In this document: positions 37,141 to 46,777 of the stretch, piece after piece | Layout: the number at the start of each line of letters is the position of its first letter | How positions within the stretch are numbered: position 1 is the first letter of the stretch | Assembly (NCBI GenBank): GCA_002422365.1 | Contig: DIUO01000010.1 | Location: forward strand, 2,739-66,738 | DNA length: 64,000 nucleotides | Origin: Proteobacteria bacterium UBA6156 | Lineage (GTDB): Bacteria > Pseudomonadota > Alphaproteobacteria > UBA2136 > UBA6156 | Direction: 5' to 3' | Notes under the pieces: generated by a model | What the model saw: the letters and a program-made list of their open reading frames with translations, nothing else | The model's database searches: none | Told to the model about the DNA's origin: nothing | Made by a program: the position numbers and the translations under genes

Positions 37141-37677
37141 ATGCTCACCACACTCATCCGCTTCAACATCGCATTCATGCTCTCGCTCCTCTCCCTCGCT
37201 ATCGTTGGCTTTATCGGGCTGGTGTGCTGGCTCTATGCCTCCCAGCTTCTCAAGGCAAAATCCACCGTAACCTTCTTCACAACCACCACCTGCGCCCAAT
37301 TCCTCGCCGATGTAAAATCCCAGAATTCCACAAAAATCGAGCCCTACGTCACTCATTTCGAGACTCTCGACACCGAAGAAGTCGCCACGTTCGACAAACC
37401 CCTGTCCGAATCCGAAGCCGGATTCACCACCCTCATGCGGGGCTGCTACAAGCAACCAAACCACACCCTGCGGCAGATAATGCTGGAAGGCGAGGGGCGC
37501 AGCCTTGCGGCTCAGCTGACCGACCTGTACAACACCATCGATGGTGAACTGAAAACCCCCAACCCCATGGCGCCGGAGTTTTACATCAGCCCCACCGAAG
37601 TCATAAGCCCCACTCTCATGACACCTCCTTCCGAAGGCGCCGACGCAACCTCCAAGCCCGAAAAAACAAAAAACTAA
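37141..37677 (+). CDS. hypothetical membrane-anchored protein
   Basis: ATG at 37141. TM segment FMLSLLSLAIVGFIGLVCWLYA. Its C-terminal EKTKN is encoded by D6. Confidence 0.45.
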   Translation: MLTTLIRFNIAFMLSLLSLAIVGFIGLVCWLYASQLLKAKSTVTFFTTTTCAQFLADVKSQNSTKIEPYVTHFETLDTEEVATFDKPLSESEAGFTTLMRGCYKQPNHTLRQIMLEGEGRSLAAQLTDLYNTIDGELKTPNPMAPEFYISPTEVISPTLMTPPSEGADATSKPEKTKN

Positions 37678-37725
37678 ACACAAAAAACTAAACACCAAAC
37701 ACGAAACACTAAACACTAAAACACT
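37661..37725 (+). repeat. Family D CA-rich microsatellite (D6, longest copy)
   Basis: AAAAAACAAAAAACTAAACACAAAAAACTAAACACCAAACACGAAACACTAAACACTAAAACAC ends 8 nt before the nuoL ATG. Confidence 0.75.
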
Positions 37726-37733
37726 CCAAAACC

Positions 37734-39809
37734 ATGTCCCCTCTCGCGCCCCACATCGTTGCCCAACTCACCGCACTTGCAGTGCTGCTGCCTGCCATGG
37801 GCGCGCTGCTGGGGGCGTTCACGTTCCTGCTCTGGCCCACGCTTAAGGCTAAATTAGAGGCCCACGACGCCCACACCCACCACGAGCCCGAATCCCCCAC
37901 CGCACCCCCCATCGCCCACCACGCCGCCATGGCCCTCACCACCGGCAGCGTGCTGGCGGCGGCGGCCCTCAGCTGGTGGCTGTTTGTGGGGCTTAATACC
38001 GGCACCATCAGCCCCGCCACCACCCACTGGTTCACCTGGTTCAGCGCGGGCAGCTGGTCGGTAACGTTTGGCACCATGCTCGACAAACTCTCCGCCACCA
38101 TGCTCATCGTCGTCACCACCGTCTCGGCCTGCGTGCACGTCTACAGCTGGGGCTATATGGCCGACGACGTTGCAAAACGCCGCTTCTTCATCTACCTCTC
38201 CGCCTTCACCTTCGCCATGCTCATGCTGGTCACCGCGCCCAACCTCGCGCAAATGTTTTTGGGGTGGGAAGGGGTCGGCGTCTGCTCCTATCTCCTCATA
38301 GGCTTCTGGTATCACAAAGCCACCGCCAACGCCGCCGCCATCAAGGCCTTTATCGTCAACCGGGTGGCCGACGCCGCCATGCTCATCGGCCTCTTCATCC
38401 TCGTCCAAACCTTCGGCACACTCACCTATACCGAAATTTTCACTCAATTAGAGAACCAAACCCCCACCAGCCTCGCCACCTCCAGCCCCATTAGCCTGGC
38501 GGCCTTGCTGCTCTTCATCGGTGCTATGGGCAAATCCGCCCAGTTCGGGCTGCACACCTGGTTGCCGGACGCCATGGAAGGCCCCACCCCCGTCTCCGCC
38601 CTCATCCACGCCGCCACCATGGTCACCGCAGGCGTGTTCCTGCTCTGCCGTATGTCGCCACTGTACGAGGCCGCGCCGGATGTCCTGACTATCGTCGGCT
38701 GGGTCGGCGCCATCACCGCCCTGTTCGCCGCCACGGTGGGCCTCACCCAAACCGATATCAAACGCGTCATCGCCTACTCCACCTGCTCGCAACTGGGCTA
38801 CATGTTCTTCGCCATCGGCGTGTCGGCCTACCCCGCCGCCATGTTCCACCTCACCACCCACGCGTTCTTCAAGGCGCTGCTGTTCTTGGGCGCGGGCTCG
38901 GTCATCCATGGCATGCACCACGAGCAAAACATCTTCAAATACGCTTCCTCCGGTTACATCCTGCGCAAACTCCTCCCCGTCACCTATGTCCTCATGTGGC
39001 TGGGCAGCTTGGCGCTCGCCGGTATCCCGCCGTTTGCAGGGTTTTTCAGTAAAGACCTCATCATAGAATCCGCCTTCGCCGCCCCCGGCAACACCGGCAT
39101 CCCGCTCTATATCATTGGCACGCTGGCCGCCGCGCTCACCGCCATCTACGGCTTCCGCATCATCTTCATGAGCTTCCACAACCCCGCAAAAACCTCCGAA
39201 ATCGTCCACACCAAAACACCCAACACGAAACACCAAAACACGAAACACGAACACACCAGTACCCCCCACGAATCCCCCTGGACCATGCTCGCCCCCATGC
39301 TCCCTCTGGCCCTGGGTGCCGTGCTGGGCGGCTACCTGCTTAAAAATATGGGCACATTAGAATGGTGGAACGGCGCCATCGTCATCCACCACGCGCACAC
39401 GGCCCTGCATAACGCCCACCACATTCCCGGCTGGGCCAAGGCATTGCCGCTGGTGCTGGCTGTCTCCGGCATTGCGCTGGCGTTCTACCTCTTTGTGCGC
39501 CACCGCAACATTCCGCAGCGCATTGCGCAGGCCGTGCCCGCCGCCTACGCCTTCAGCTATCATAAATGGTATATCGACGAAGCCTATCAAGTCCTCTGGG
39601 TCAACCCCACCGCCAGCATCGCCGCCTTCTTTGCCGAGTGGGGAGACAAACGCAGCATAGATGCCCTCCTTAACGGCGGCGCCTCCACCGTCGCAGGCTT
39701 CGGCCAGTGGCTCCGCCAGGCCCAAACCGGCTACGTCACCCACTACGCCTTCGCCATGCTGTTGGCTCTCACCCTAGGCCTCGGCTATCTCCTCTGGAAA
39801 GTCATGTAA
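37734..39809 (+). CDS. nuoL: NADH-quinone oxidoreductase subunit L
   Basis: 691 aa. WEGVGVCSYLLIGFWY, GKSAQFGLHTWLPDAMEGPTPVSALIHAATMVTAG. Confidence 0.96.
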   Translation: MSPLAPHIVAQLTALAVLLPAMGALLGAFTFLLWPTLKAKLEAHDAHTHHEPESPTAPPIAHHAAMALTTGSVLAAAALSWWLFVGLNTGTISPATTHWFTWFSAGSWSVTFGTMLDKLSATMLIVVTTVSACVHVYSWGYMADDVAKRRFFIYLSAFTFAMLMLVTAPNLAQMFLGWEGVGVCSYLLIGFWYHKATANAAAIKAFIVNRVADAAMLIGLFILVQTFGTLTYTEIFTQLENQTPTSLATSSPISLAALLLFIGAMGKSAQFGLHTWLPDAMEGPTPVSALIHAATMVTAGVFLLCRMSPLYEAAPDVLTIVGWVGAITALFAATVGLTQTDIKRVIAYSTCSQLGYMFFAIGVSAYPAAMFHLTTHAFFKALLFLGAGSVIHGMHHEQNIFKYASSGYILRKLLPVTYVLMWLGSLALAGIPPFAGFFSKDLIIESAFAAPGNTGIPLYIIGTLAAALTAIYGFRIIFMSFHNPAKTSEIVHTKTPNTKHQNTKHEHTSTPHESPWTMLAPMLPLALGAVLGGYLLKNMGTLEWWNGAIVIHHAHTALHNAHHIPGWAKALPLVLAVSGIALAFYLFVRHRNIPQRIAQAVPAAYAFSYHKWYIDEAYQVLWVNPTASIAAFFAEWGDKRSIDALLNGGASTVAGFGQWLRQAQTGYVTHYAFAMLLALTLGLGYLLWKVM
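39207..39257 (+). repeat. Family D CA-rich microsatellite inside nuoL (D7)
   Basis: CACACCAAAACACCCAACACGAAACACCAAAACACGAAACACGAACACACC, read in frame as HTKTPNTKHQNTKHEHT. Confidence 0.7.
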
Positions 39810-41408
39810 ATGAATCATCTCCTCACCCTCCTCATCGCCCTCCCGCTGGCCAGCGCGCTGTTCACCTACGCCGCGCCCACGCGCTACACCAGGCAACTCG
39901 CCCTGGCCCTCAGCCTCATCCCGCTGGCCCTGTGCGTGCCCTTGTTCCAGCACTTCAACCCGGCCCAGCCTGGCTTACAGTTTACCGAGTCCCACGCCTG
40001 GCTCCCCGCCTTCAACATCACCTATGCACTGGGGATAGACGGCCTCTCCCTCCCGCTCATCGCCCTCACAGCGCTCCTCACCCCGCTTTGCCTCCTCGCC
40101 AGCTGGGGCGTCCAAAAAAATCCGCAGGGCTTTTTCGCCAGTTTTCTGGCATTAGAGGCCTTTGTCATCGGCGTCTTCGCCGCGCAAGATTTCATCCTGT
40201 TCTATCTGTTCTGGGAGGCCATGCTCATCCCCATGTTCCTCCTCATCGGCCTGTGGGGAGGCGAAAACCGCGTCTACGCCGCCCTCAAATTCTTCCTCTA
40301 CACCTTTGTGGGCTCCGTGCTTATGCTCATCGCGGGCCTCTGGCTTTACAGCATCACGGGTAGCTTTAGTCTGGAGCTCTGGCAAAACACCACCCTCACA
40401 CTCGGTGCCCAAAAGTGGCTGTTCCTCGCCTTCTTCGCCGCCTTCGCGGTCAAGGTTCCCATGTGGCCGTTCCATACTTGGCTGCCGGATGCCCACGTCC
40501 AAGCCCCCACCGCAGGTTCCGTCATCCTGGCGGGCGTGCTGCTCAAAATGGGGGCCTACGGCTTCCTGCGCTTTTGTTTGCCGATGTTCCCCGAGGGCTC
40601 CGCCTACTTCGCCCCCATGGTCTTCACCCTTTCCGCCGTCGCCGTGGTCTACGCCGCGCTGGTGGCCTATGTGCAAACCGATATTAAGAAGATGATCGCC
40701 TACTCCTCCGTCTCCCACATGGGCTTCGTCACGCTGGCTGCCTTTTCCGGCACGGTCACCGGCCTGCACGGCAGTCTGCTGGTCATGGTCAACCACGGCA
40801 TCGTCTCCGCCGGGTTGTTTTTGGGGGTAGGGGTCATTTACGAGCGCCTGCACACCCGCCAACTCGCCCACTTCGGCGGCCTCGCCAAAATCATGCCCGC
40901 CTATGCTTTTGCCATGATGCTCCTCACCCTCGCCGCCGTAGCCTTGCCGGGCACGAATAGCTTTGTCGGAGAATTCCTCGCCCTCATGGGCAGCTGGCCC
41001 ACCGCCCCCGTCTACACCGCCATCGCCACCTCCGGCGTGGTCTTCGGCGCGCTCTACATGCTCCACCTCTACCGTGGCATGTTCTTCGGCACGCCGTCCG
41101 AGACTGTCCACCACCATGTGAATGACCTCAAAGACCTCACCCCGCGCGAGTGGCTCACCTTCGCGCCCCTCCTCGCCCTCATCCCGCTGCTGGGCCTCAT
41201 GCCCTCACTGGTGCAAAACCTCTGGCAACAGCCGGTGCAGGCCATTTCGCAAGAATACCTCCCCGCCCTCCAAGCCCGCATCGCCCACCAACCCGGCATG
41301 CCGATAATTCTGCCCGAAGCCGAACCAGCCCCCGAGCCCGCCTCGACACCCCTAGCAACCCCCATCGTCTCGCAAACCCTAACCCCCACACCAACCACCA
41401 CTTACTAA
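39810..41408 (+). CDS. nuoM: NADH-quinone oxidoreductase subunit M
   Basis: Starts 1 nt after the nuoL TAA. FAVKVPMWPFHTWLPDAHVQAPTAGSVILAGVLLKMG. Confidence 0.96.
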   Translation: MNHLLTLLIALPLASALFTYAAPTRYTRQLALALSLIPLALCVPLFQHFNPAQPGLQFTESHAWLPAFNITYALGIDGLSLPLIALTALLTPLCLLASWGVQKNPQGFFASFLALEAFVIGVFAAQDFILFYLFWEAMLIPMFLLIGLWGGENRVYAALKFFLYTFVGSVLMLIAGLWLYSITGSFSLELWQNTTLTLGAQKWLFLAFFAAFAVKVPMWPFHTWLPDAHVQAPTAGSVILAGVLLKMGAYGFLRFCLPMFPEGSAYFAPMVFTLSAVAVVYAALVAYVQTDIKKMIAYSSVSHMGFVTLAAFSGTVTGLHGSLLVMVNHGIVSAGLFLGVGVIYERLHTRQLAHFGGLAKIMPAYAFAMMLLTLAAVALPGTNSFVGEFLALMGSWPTAPVYTAIATSGVVFGALYMLHLYRGMFFGTPSETVHHHVNDLKDLTPREWLTFAPLLALIPLLGLMPSLVQNLWQQPVQAISQEYLPALQARIAHQPGMPIILPEAEPAPEPASTPLATPIVSQTLTPTPTTTY

Positions 41409-41428
41409 ACACAAAACACAAAACACGA
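41406..41428 (+). repeat. Family D CA-rich microsatellite (D8)
   Basis: TAAACACAAAACACAAAACACGA begins at the nuoM stop codon (41406-41408) and ends 7 nt before the nuoN start. Confidence 0.6.
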
Positions 41429-41435
41429 GCAATCC

Positions 41436-42905
41436 ATGACCTCCCTCGACCTCCTCCTCACCACCCCGCTGCTCGTTCTCGGCGGCGGCAGCCTGTTGCT
41501 CCTCATGCTGGGGGCCTTCACCCAGTCGGCGCGCGCCACCGCCATCGGCGCGGCGGTGGTCATTCTGGCGGCCATGGCACAGCTGGTCATCGCGCCCGCC
41601 AGCGGCCCGGTGTTTCCGCTAGAATCCGGGGCAGGGGCCTCTCAAGTCAGCAACTTGGCCGGCCACCTCATGCACGTCTCGCCCTTCACCAACATCGCCA
41701 CTCTCATCCTCCTCGGCATCAGTCTTCTCTGCATGCCTCTTGTCGGGCCCTATTTCCGGGCCGCCAAGGCCCACCGGCCCGAGGTTTACGTCCTCCTCAC
41801 ATTGTCGCTGACAGGCATGGTCGCCCTCATCACCTCCGCCCACCTCCTCACGCTTTATGTGGCGCTCGAGCTCATGACCTTCCCCCTCTACATCCTCGCC
41901 GCCTTTTTAAGGGACGACGCGAAAAGCTCCGAATCCGGCCTCAAATACTACGTCCTCGGCAGCATGGCCTCGGGGCTGATGCTCTACGGCATCTCGCTCC
42001 TCTACGCGGGCCTCGGCACCCTCAGCTACACGGGCGTGTTCACCGCACTCAACACGGCCGTGGCAAGCGGCGGGGTCACGCCCATTCTGCTGGTGGGCAT
42101 GGTGCTGGTGCTCACTGCCGCACTCTTCAAGCTCTCAGTGGCCCCGTTCCATATGTGGACACCCGACGTCTACGAAGGCGCCCCCACCCCAGTCACCGCC
42201 ATCATGGGCAGCCTACCCAAAATCGCCGCCGTGGCGCTGCTCATCCGCCTGCTGGCAGGGCCTTTCGATGCCCTCGCCTCCCTCTGGCAACCCACCCTGG
42301 CCTGGCTGGCCGTGGCCTCCATGCTGGTGGGCGCGGTGCTGGCCATTGCGCAAACCAACCTTAAGCGCTTGCTCGCCTATTCCACCATCGCCAACATCGG
42401 CTTCATTCTGGTGGGGGTGGTGGCGGCCAACCCGCAGGGGGCTTCGGGCGCCATGCTTTACCTCGCCATCTATGCCTTTACCACCCTGGGCCTCTTTGCC
42501 GCGCTTATGGCCAGCGGCGCCAACAATGTGTCCGACCTCAAAGGCCTCGCCACCCGCAACCCCTACCTCGCGGGCACCTTTTTGCTGTTGTTGTTCAGCC
42601 TCGCGGGCATCCCCCCGCTGGCGGGCTTCATGGCCAAGTTTGCAGTGTTCACTGCCGCCGTGCAGGCCGGGCTCATGCCGCTGGCCATTGCGGGCGTGCT
42701 CTCCAGCGTGCTCGCGCTGTTCTACAGCCTCTGGCTCATCAAGGTGATGATCTTCGACCACCCCGAAACCCTCACCCCCACCCCCGCCATCCCCCTAAGC
42801 CTGGCCTACATTATGCTCCTCAGCGCCATGGCCACCCTCATCCTCGGCATCTTCCCCAGCCTGCTCGGCAACCTCACCCTCGCCGCCGCCACCGCCATTT
42901 TCTAG
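41436..42905 (+). CDS. nuoN: NADH-quinone oxidoreductase subunit N
   Basis: LFKLSVAPFHMWTPDVYEGAPTPVTA, KRLLAYSTIANIGF. Confidence 0.95.
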   Translation: MTSLDLLLTTPLLVLGGGSLLLLMLGAFTQSARATAIGAAVVILAAMAQLVIAPASGPVFPLESGAGASQVSNLAGHLMHVSPFTNIATLILLGISLLCMPLVGPYFRAAKAHRPEVYVLLTLSLTGMVALITSAHLLTLYVALELMTFPLYILAAFLRDDAKSSESGLKYYVLGSMASGLMLYGISLLYAGLGTLSYTGVFTALNTAVASGGVTPILLVGMVLVLTAALFKLSVAPFHMWTPDVYEGAPTPVTAIMGSLPKIAAVALLIRLLAGPFDALASLWQPTLAWLAVASMLVGAVLAIAQTNLKRLLAYSTIANIGFILVGVVAANPQGASGAMLYLAIYAFTTLGLFAALMASGANNVSDLKGLATRNPYLAGTFLLLLFSLAGIPPLAGFMAKFAVFTAAVQAGLMPLAIAGVLSSVLALFYSLWLIKVMIFDHPETLTPTPAIPLSLAYIMLLSAMATLILGIFPSLLGNLTLAAATAIF

Positions 42906-42993
42906 GCACCCTTTACCAGTCCATAAGGGCAGGGGCCCTTGCCATGCACATATAACATGCGTATACATGGCGTACTTCCCGTCCCTTTAACAC

Positions 42994-43368
42994 ATGATGG
43001 AGCAAATCATGTACATCGAGAATCCCACTTCGACCTTCCAGAACATTGCCGATGCTTATGAAGCTTCGGCCTACATGCTCGACGCAACCAAGCAGCTTTC
43101 CTATCTGTACGAGCAGCTCTTCGCTGAGCTGCAAGCGAACGCGAATCTCCGAAAGGAGATCTACCGCGCTATGAAGGGCGAGTACGTGCCTTACATCATC
43201 CCGAAAATCCTGCATGTTTGCGGCCTGGTGGCGCAGTTGCGGCTCATCGCACCGCATGTGAGTATGGCTGGAGATCCAAACCTTCAGGATCTCATCCGCG
43301 TTTTCGACGGCGATATGGCCTTTTTTAACGAGGCACTCAGTCGCCTTACCGACATCACCTCTACCTGA
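42994..43368 (+). CDS. hypothetical protein (lower GC) after nuoN
   Basis: 124-aa ORF followed by an intrinsic terminator. No family recognised. Confidence 0.45.
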   Translation: MMEQIMYIENPTSTFQNIADAYEASAYMLDATKQLSYLYEQLFAELQANANLRKEIYRAMKGEYVPYIIPKILHVCGLVAQLRLIAPHVSMAGDPNLQDLIRVFDGDMAFFNEALSRLTDITST

Positions 43369-43395
43369 GGCAACCGCCCCCCCCAACAATCGAAA

Positions 43396-43419
43396 GCCGC
43401 CCTCCGGGGCGGCATTTTT
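43396..43419 (+). terminator. Rho-independent terminator
   Basis: GCCGCCC-TCCG-GGGCGGC followed by ATTTTT. The T-tract runs into the annotated birA ATG. Confidence 0.6.
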
Positions 43420-44157
43420 ATGGTATATAGAAATATGCTCCTCCACCTCCCCACCACCACCTCCACCATGGATGTCGCCCGCGCCGCCGTGCAGCAAGGC
43501 GACACCACCAGCATTGTGCTGGCCGATGAGCAAACCTCCGGCCGTGGCCGCCTTAACCGCCCCTGGCTCACATTCCCGGCCCCCTACGGCATGGCCGCCA
43601 CCTTTATTGTCCCCGGCGGGCCCTATCCACACTTGCCCCTCATCGCCGCCCTGGCCCTCCACCAAGCAGTCCTCGGCCTTCAACCCGAAACCCAGAACCC
43701 GACACCCGAAATCCTCATCAAATGGCCAAACGACCTCCTGCTAAGCGGCAAAAAAGCCGCAGGTATCCTGTGCGAAACCATATCCAGCGGGGCAGGGGCC
43801 CCCGCCGCGCTGGTGGGCATCGGCTGCAATATAGCAGCGCCTGCCTATGTGCCAGAGTCCTTCCAGGGCACCTTCCTCGGCCTCTCTACCACGCCAGAGG
43901 CCCTGGCCCGCGCAATTAGCACTTGCATGCAGGCCTTGCTTACCCTATATCAACAGCAAGGTTGGAGCGATACGCTACACAACAGCTACCTCCAAAGCTG
44001 CGCCACACTGGGCCAAAACCTAACCTGGCAGCGCGGCACACCACAACAGCTTACCGGCTACGCCCGTAGCCTTACCAAAGACGGGCACCTCGAACTGGTG
44101 GCAGAAGACGGCACGGTGCACGTCATCCACAGCGGAGAAATCTTCGACACGCGGTAG
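43420..44157 (+). CDS. birA: biotin-[acetyl-CoA-carboxylase] ligase (group I, no HTH)
   Basis: TSGRGRLNRPW and KWPNDLLLSGKKAAGILCE motifs. The start may instead be 43435. Confidence 0.85.
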   Translation: MVYRNMLLHLPTTTSTMDVARAAVQQGDTTSIVLADEQTSGRGRLNRPWLTFPAPYGMAATFIVPGGPYPHLPLIAALALHQAVLGLQPETQNPTPEILIKWPNDLLLSGKKAAGILCETISSGAGAPAALVGIGCNIAAPAYVPESFQGTFLGLSTTPEALARAISTCMQALLTLYQQQGWSDTLHNSYLQSCATLGQNLTWQRGTPQQLTGYARSLTKDGHLELVAEDGTVHVIHSGEIFDTR

Positions 44158-44303
44158 AAAACATATCCGTCGAAGCCCGCCCACCCCAATATCAATCGCA
44201 CCGTAGCGCGTCACGCGTCCGCAACCGGTAGGTAAGCCTCACACACGTGAGGAAATCCGGGAGCCGTGGCCCCACCAACACGTGGGTAGATAAAGGTAAA
44301 ACT

Positions 44304-46052
44304 ATGACAAACAAACAAAAGCACTTGGCTGCACTTCCGCTCGGCGGCGTGGGTATCATCGGTACCAACATGATGGTCTACGATTGCGACGGCGACCTGA
44401 TCGTGGTCGACTGCGGCGTCAGCTTCCCCGACGAAGCCGCCCCAGGCACAGACGTAGTCGTGCCCGACACCCGCTTCCTGCGCGACCACGCCAAGCAAAT
44501 CAAAGCCATTTTCATCACCCATGCCCACGAAGACCACATCGGCGCCGTCGGCTATTTGTGGGATGACTTCGCCGGCGCCCCCGTCTACGCCAGCCCGCTC
44601 AGCCAATTGGTCATTCAGGGCAAACTGCAAGAACTCGGCATCCAGCCCAAAAAAGGCCAACTGGTCACGGTTACCACGCGCGAGCAATATCAGGCGGGTC
44701 ACTTCAGCGTCGAGTACATCCCCGTCTCGCACAGCATCCCAGAGGCTTTCGCCCTCGCCATCCGCACGCACTACGGCACCATCGTGCACACCGGAGACTA
44801 TAAATTCGACGACGCCGCCCCCTTCGGCCAAATCACCGACGAAAAACGCCTTGCCGAAATCGGCAAAGAAGGCGTGCTGGCCGTCTTCGGAGACAGCACC
44901 AACGTGCTCAACCCGAACGCCACCGGCTCCGAAGCTCCGGTCATCGCCCACGTCTCCAAATTGGTGACCGAAGCCAAGGGCCGCGTGTTCTTTGCCGCCT
45001 TCGCCAGCCACTTTGGCCGCACGTTCGAGATCGCTAAAGTCGCCACCCAAAATGGCCGCAAAGTGTGCTTTTTGGGCCGCACCATCAACAAATTCATCGC
45101 ACACAGCAAGGTGCTGGGCTACTGGCCGAAAGAACTGAACAACTGGGTGATCGATGCCGAAGAAGCCGCAGGCCTCCCCGCCGAGAAAGTCTTCGTCTTC
45201 GCCTCCGGCACGCAGGGAGAACCCGGCGCCAGCCTCACCCGCCTCAGCACGGGTGCCGATGTCCGCGGCCTGAAGATGCGCGGCGGCGATACCGTCATCA
45301 TGTCGTCCAAAATGATCCCCGGCAACGAGAAGGGCATCATCAACGTCATCAACGGCTTTGCCATGCTGGGCGTGAACATCATTTCCGAGATCACCGACAA
45401 AGCCACCCACGTCTCCGGCCACCCCGGCGCACCGGATGTCAAACGCATGTACAAGCACCTCAAGCCCACCTACGTGGTGCCGGTGCACGGCGAACCCCTT
45501 ATGTTCAAGGGCCATGCCGACCTTGCCCGTGCCGAAGGCTACGCCCCCGCGCTGCTGAAAAACGGCCACAAACTGGTGCTGGCTGAGCCCGAACAGGCCC
45601 CGAGCGTCGAAGTGGTAGAGAAATCCGGCAAAGAAGCCCCCAAAGGCGCCAAACCCTTCCGCCCTTACCACACCAAACACAGCTACCCCTACGGCTTTAA
45701 CTACATCGATGGTTTGAACATCCTGGAAAACGACCCGCTCATCCTCAAGGAGCGTAAAAAACTCGGCTACGAAGGCCTGGTGGTCGCCTCGCTCGCCATC
45801 ACAACCACGACAGGCGAATGGCAGGGCGACATCTCCCTCACCACCCGTGGCCTGCTCGATGAAGTCATCCAGGCCGATATCATGCGCGACGGCATCGCCA
45901 AAACCGGCCAGGCGCTAGAGGCCGTGTTTCAGAACGGCCGGATAGACGACCGCACCCGTGCCGCCGAAGTGATAAGCCAGTCGCTCCGCCGCCACTTCAA
46001 GCAGCAACGCGGCAAGCAACCCACCTGCGTCGTCAACTTCGTCGACGTCTAA
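44304..46052 (+). CDS. rnj: ribonuclease J
   Basis: ATG at 44304. Metallo-beta-lactamase motif ITHAHEDHIG, beta-CASP region, HVSGHPG. Confidence 0.9.
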   Translation: MTNKQKHLAALPLGGVGIIGTNMMVYDCDGDLIVVDCGVSFPDEAAPGTDVVVPDTRFLRDHAKQIKAIFITHAHEDHIGAVGYLWDDFAGAPVYASPLSQLVIQGKLQELGIQPKKGQLVTVTTREQYQAGHFSVEYIPVSHSIPEAFALAIRTHYGTIVHTGDYKFDDAAPFGQITDEKRLAEIGKEGVLAVFGDSTNVLNPNATGSEAPVIAHVSKLVTEAKGRVFFAAFASHFGRTFEIAKVATQNGRKVCFLGRTINKFIAHSKVLGYWPKELNNWVIDAEEAAGLPAEKVFVFASGTQGEPGASLTRLSTGADVRGLKMRGGDTVIMSSKMIPGNEKGIINVINGFAMLGVNIISEITDKATHVSGHPGAPDVKRMYKHLKPTYVVPVHGEPLMFKGHADLARAEGYAPALLKNGHKLVLAEPEQAPSVEVVEKSGKEAPKGAKPFRPYHTKHSYPYGFNYIDGLNILENDPLILKERKKLGYEGLVVASLAITTTTGEWQGDISLTTRGLLDEVIQADIMRDGIAKTGQALEAVFQNGRIDDRTRAAEVISQSLRRHFKQQRGKQPTCVVNFVDV

Positions 46053-46068
46053 AACCAAAACGGAAGCA

Positions 46069-46174
46069 GCACCGTTTCCCGGGGTGGCAGGGTCACATTT
46101 GGTAACAAATGTGGGGCCCCCGCCCACACCATTCCGGCGGAGGCCGGAACCCGGGATCTGGAAAATACAAGCAC
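46069..46174 (+). repeat. Family A hairpin element, copy A7 (carries a nested 24-nt hairpin insert)
   Basis: Central stem CACATTT-GGTAAC-AAATGTG. Extra ACACCATTCCGGCGGAGGCCGGAA sits before CCCGGGATCT. Starts 17 nt after the rnj stop. Confidence 0.75.
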
Positions 46175-46212
46175 CGCCCCCAAAGCAAAAGCCCGGCAAC
46201 CGCCGGGCTTCG

Positions 46213-46620
46213 CTAATCCGCTGCCATGTTGGCGGTCTTGTAGGCATGCATCAACGCCAACATCGCCGCCATCAGGGCCTGCTCGGGCGTGCAGTTCAGC
46301 ACGGCAGCGGCATTTTTGAGGGTCAGCTCATATCTCCGCCGCAAGACGCTGTCGCGCAGAAAGGTGCGAGTCTGGCCCTTCGTGGCCGTTTCACGCGCTA
46401 TCTGCACAAACGTCAGCATAGATATGTCTTCCATGCCGATTTCCGACTCTAACCTAAGCTGATATGCCATCAGCGGGTCAGTCTCGGCGTTACCTGCCGA
46501 CTGCATAAATGCCAACAGCTCGCATGCTGATTCATGCAGAGGGGTACCGCGACGCAGTATGAAATCGCGGTTAATCCTCGAAAAATCTCTCTCAAACTCT
46601 GGAGAGACAAACATACGCAT
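46213..46620 (-). CDS. hypothetical protein
   Basis: ATG at 46620 is preceded by GGAGGA 5 nt upstream (minus strand). 135 aa. No family recognised. Confidence 0.5.
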   Translation of the reverse strand: MRMFVSPEFERDFSRINRDFILRRGTPLHESACELLAFMQSAGNAETDPLMAYQLRLESEIGMEDISMLTFVQIARETATKGQTRTFLRDSVLRRRYELTLKNAAAVLNCTPEQALMAAMLALMHAYKTANMAAD

Positions 46621-46777
46621 GGTGTCCTCCATTATCTGAGGGGGGAAAAGGTCAGGGGCAAGCCCCATTTGGCTGCGGTTGTACCCATAAAATATTGTTT
46701 TGTACACAAAAAACTGCCCCGGCACAAAGCCGGGGCGGTCGTCGCGTTGGGTGCGGGCAGTGGGCAGCTAAGGGGGC

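Noticed and set aside
37661-37725. CA-rich tandem repeats as a CRISPR array
   Set aside because: The units are about 7 nt with no unique spacers. The tracts are 25-65 nt long, and there are no cas genes. This is microsatellite-like, not CRISPR.
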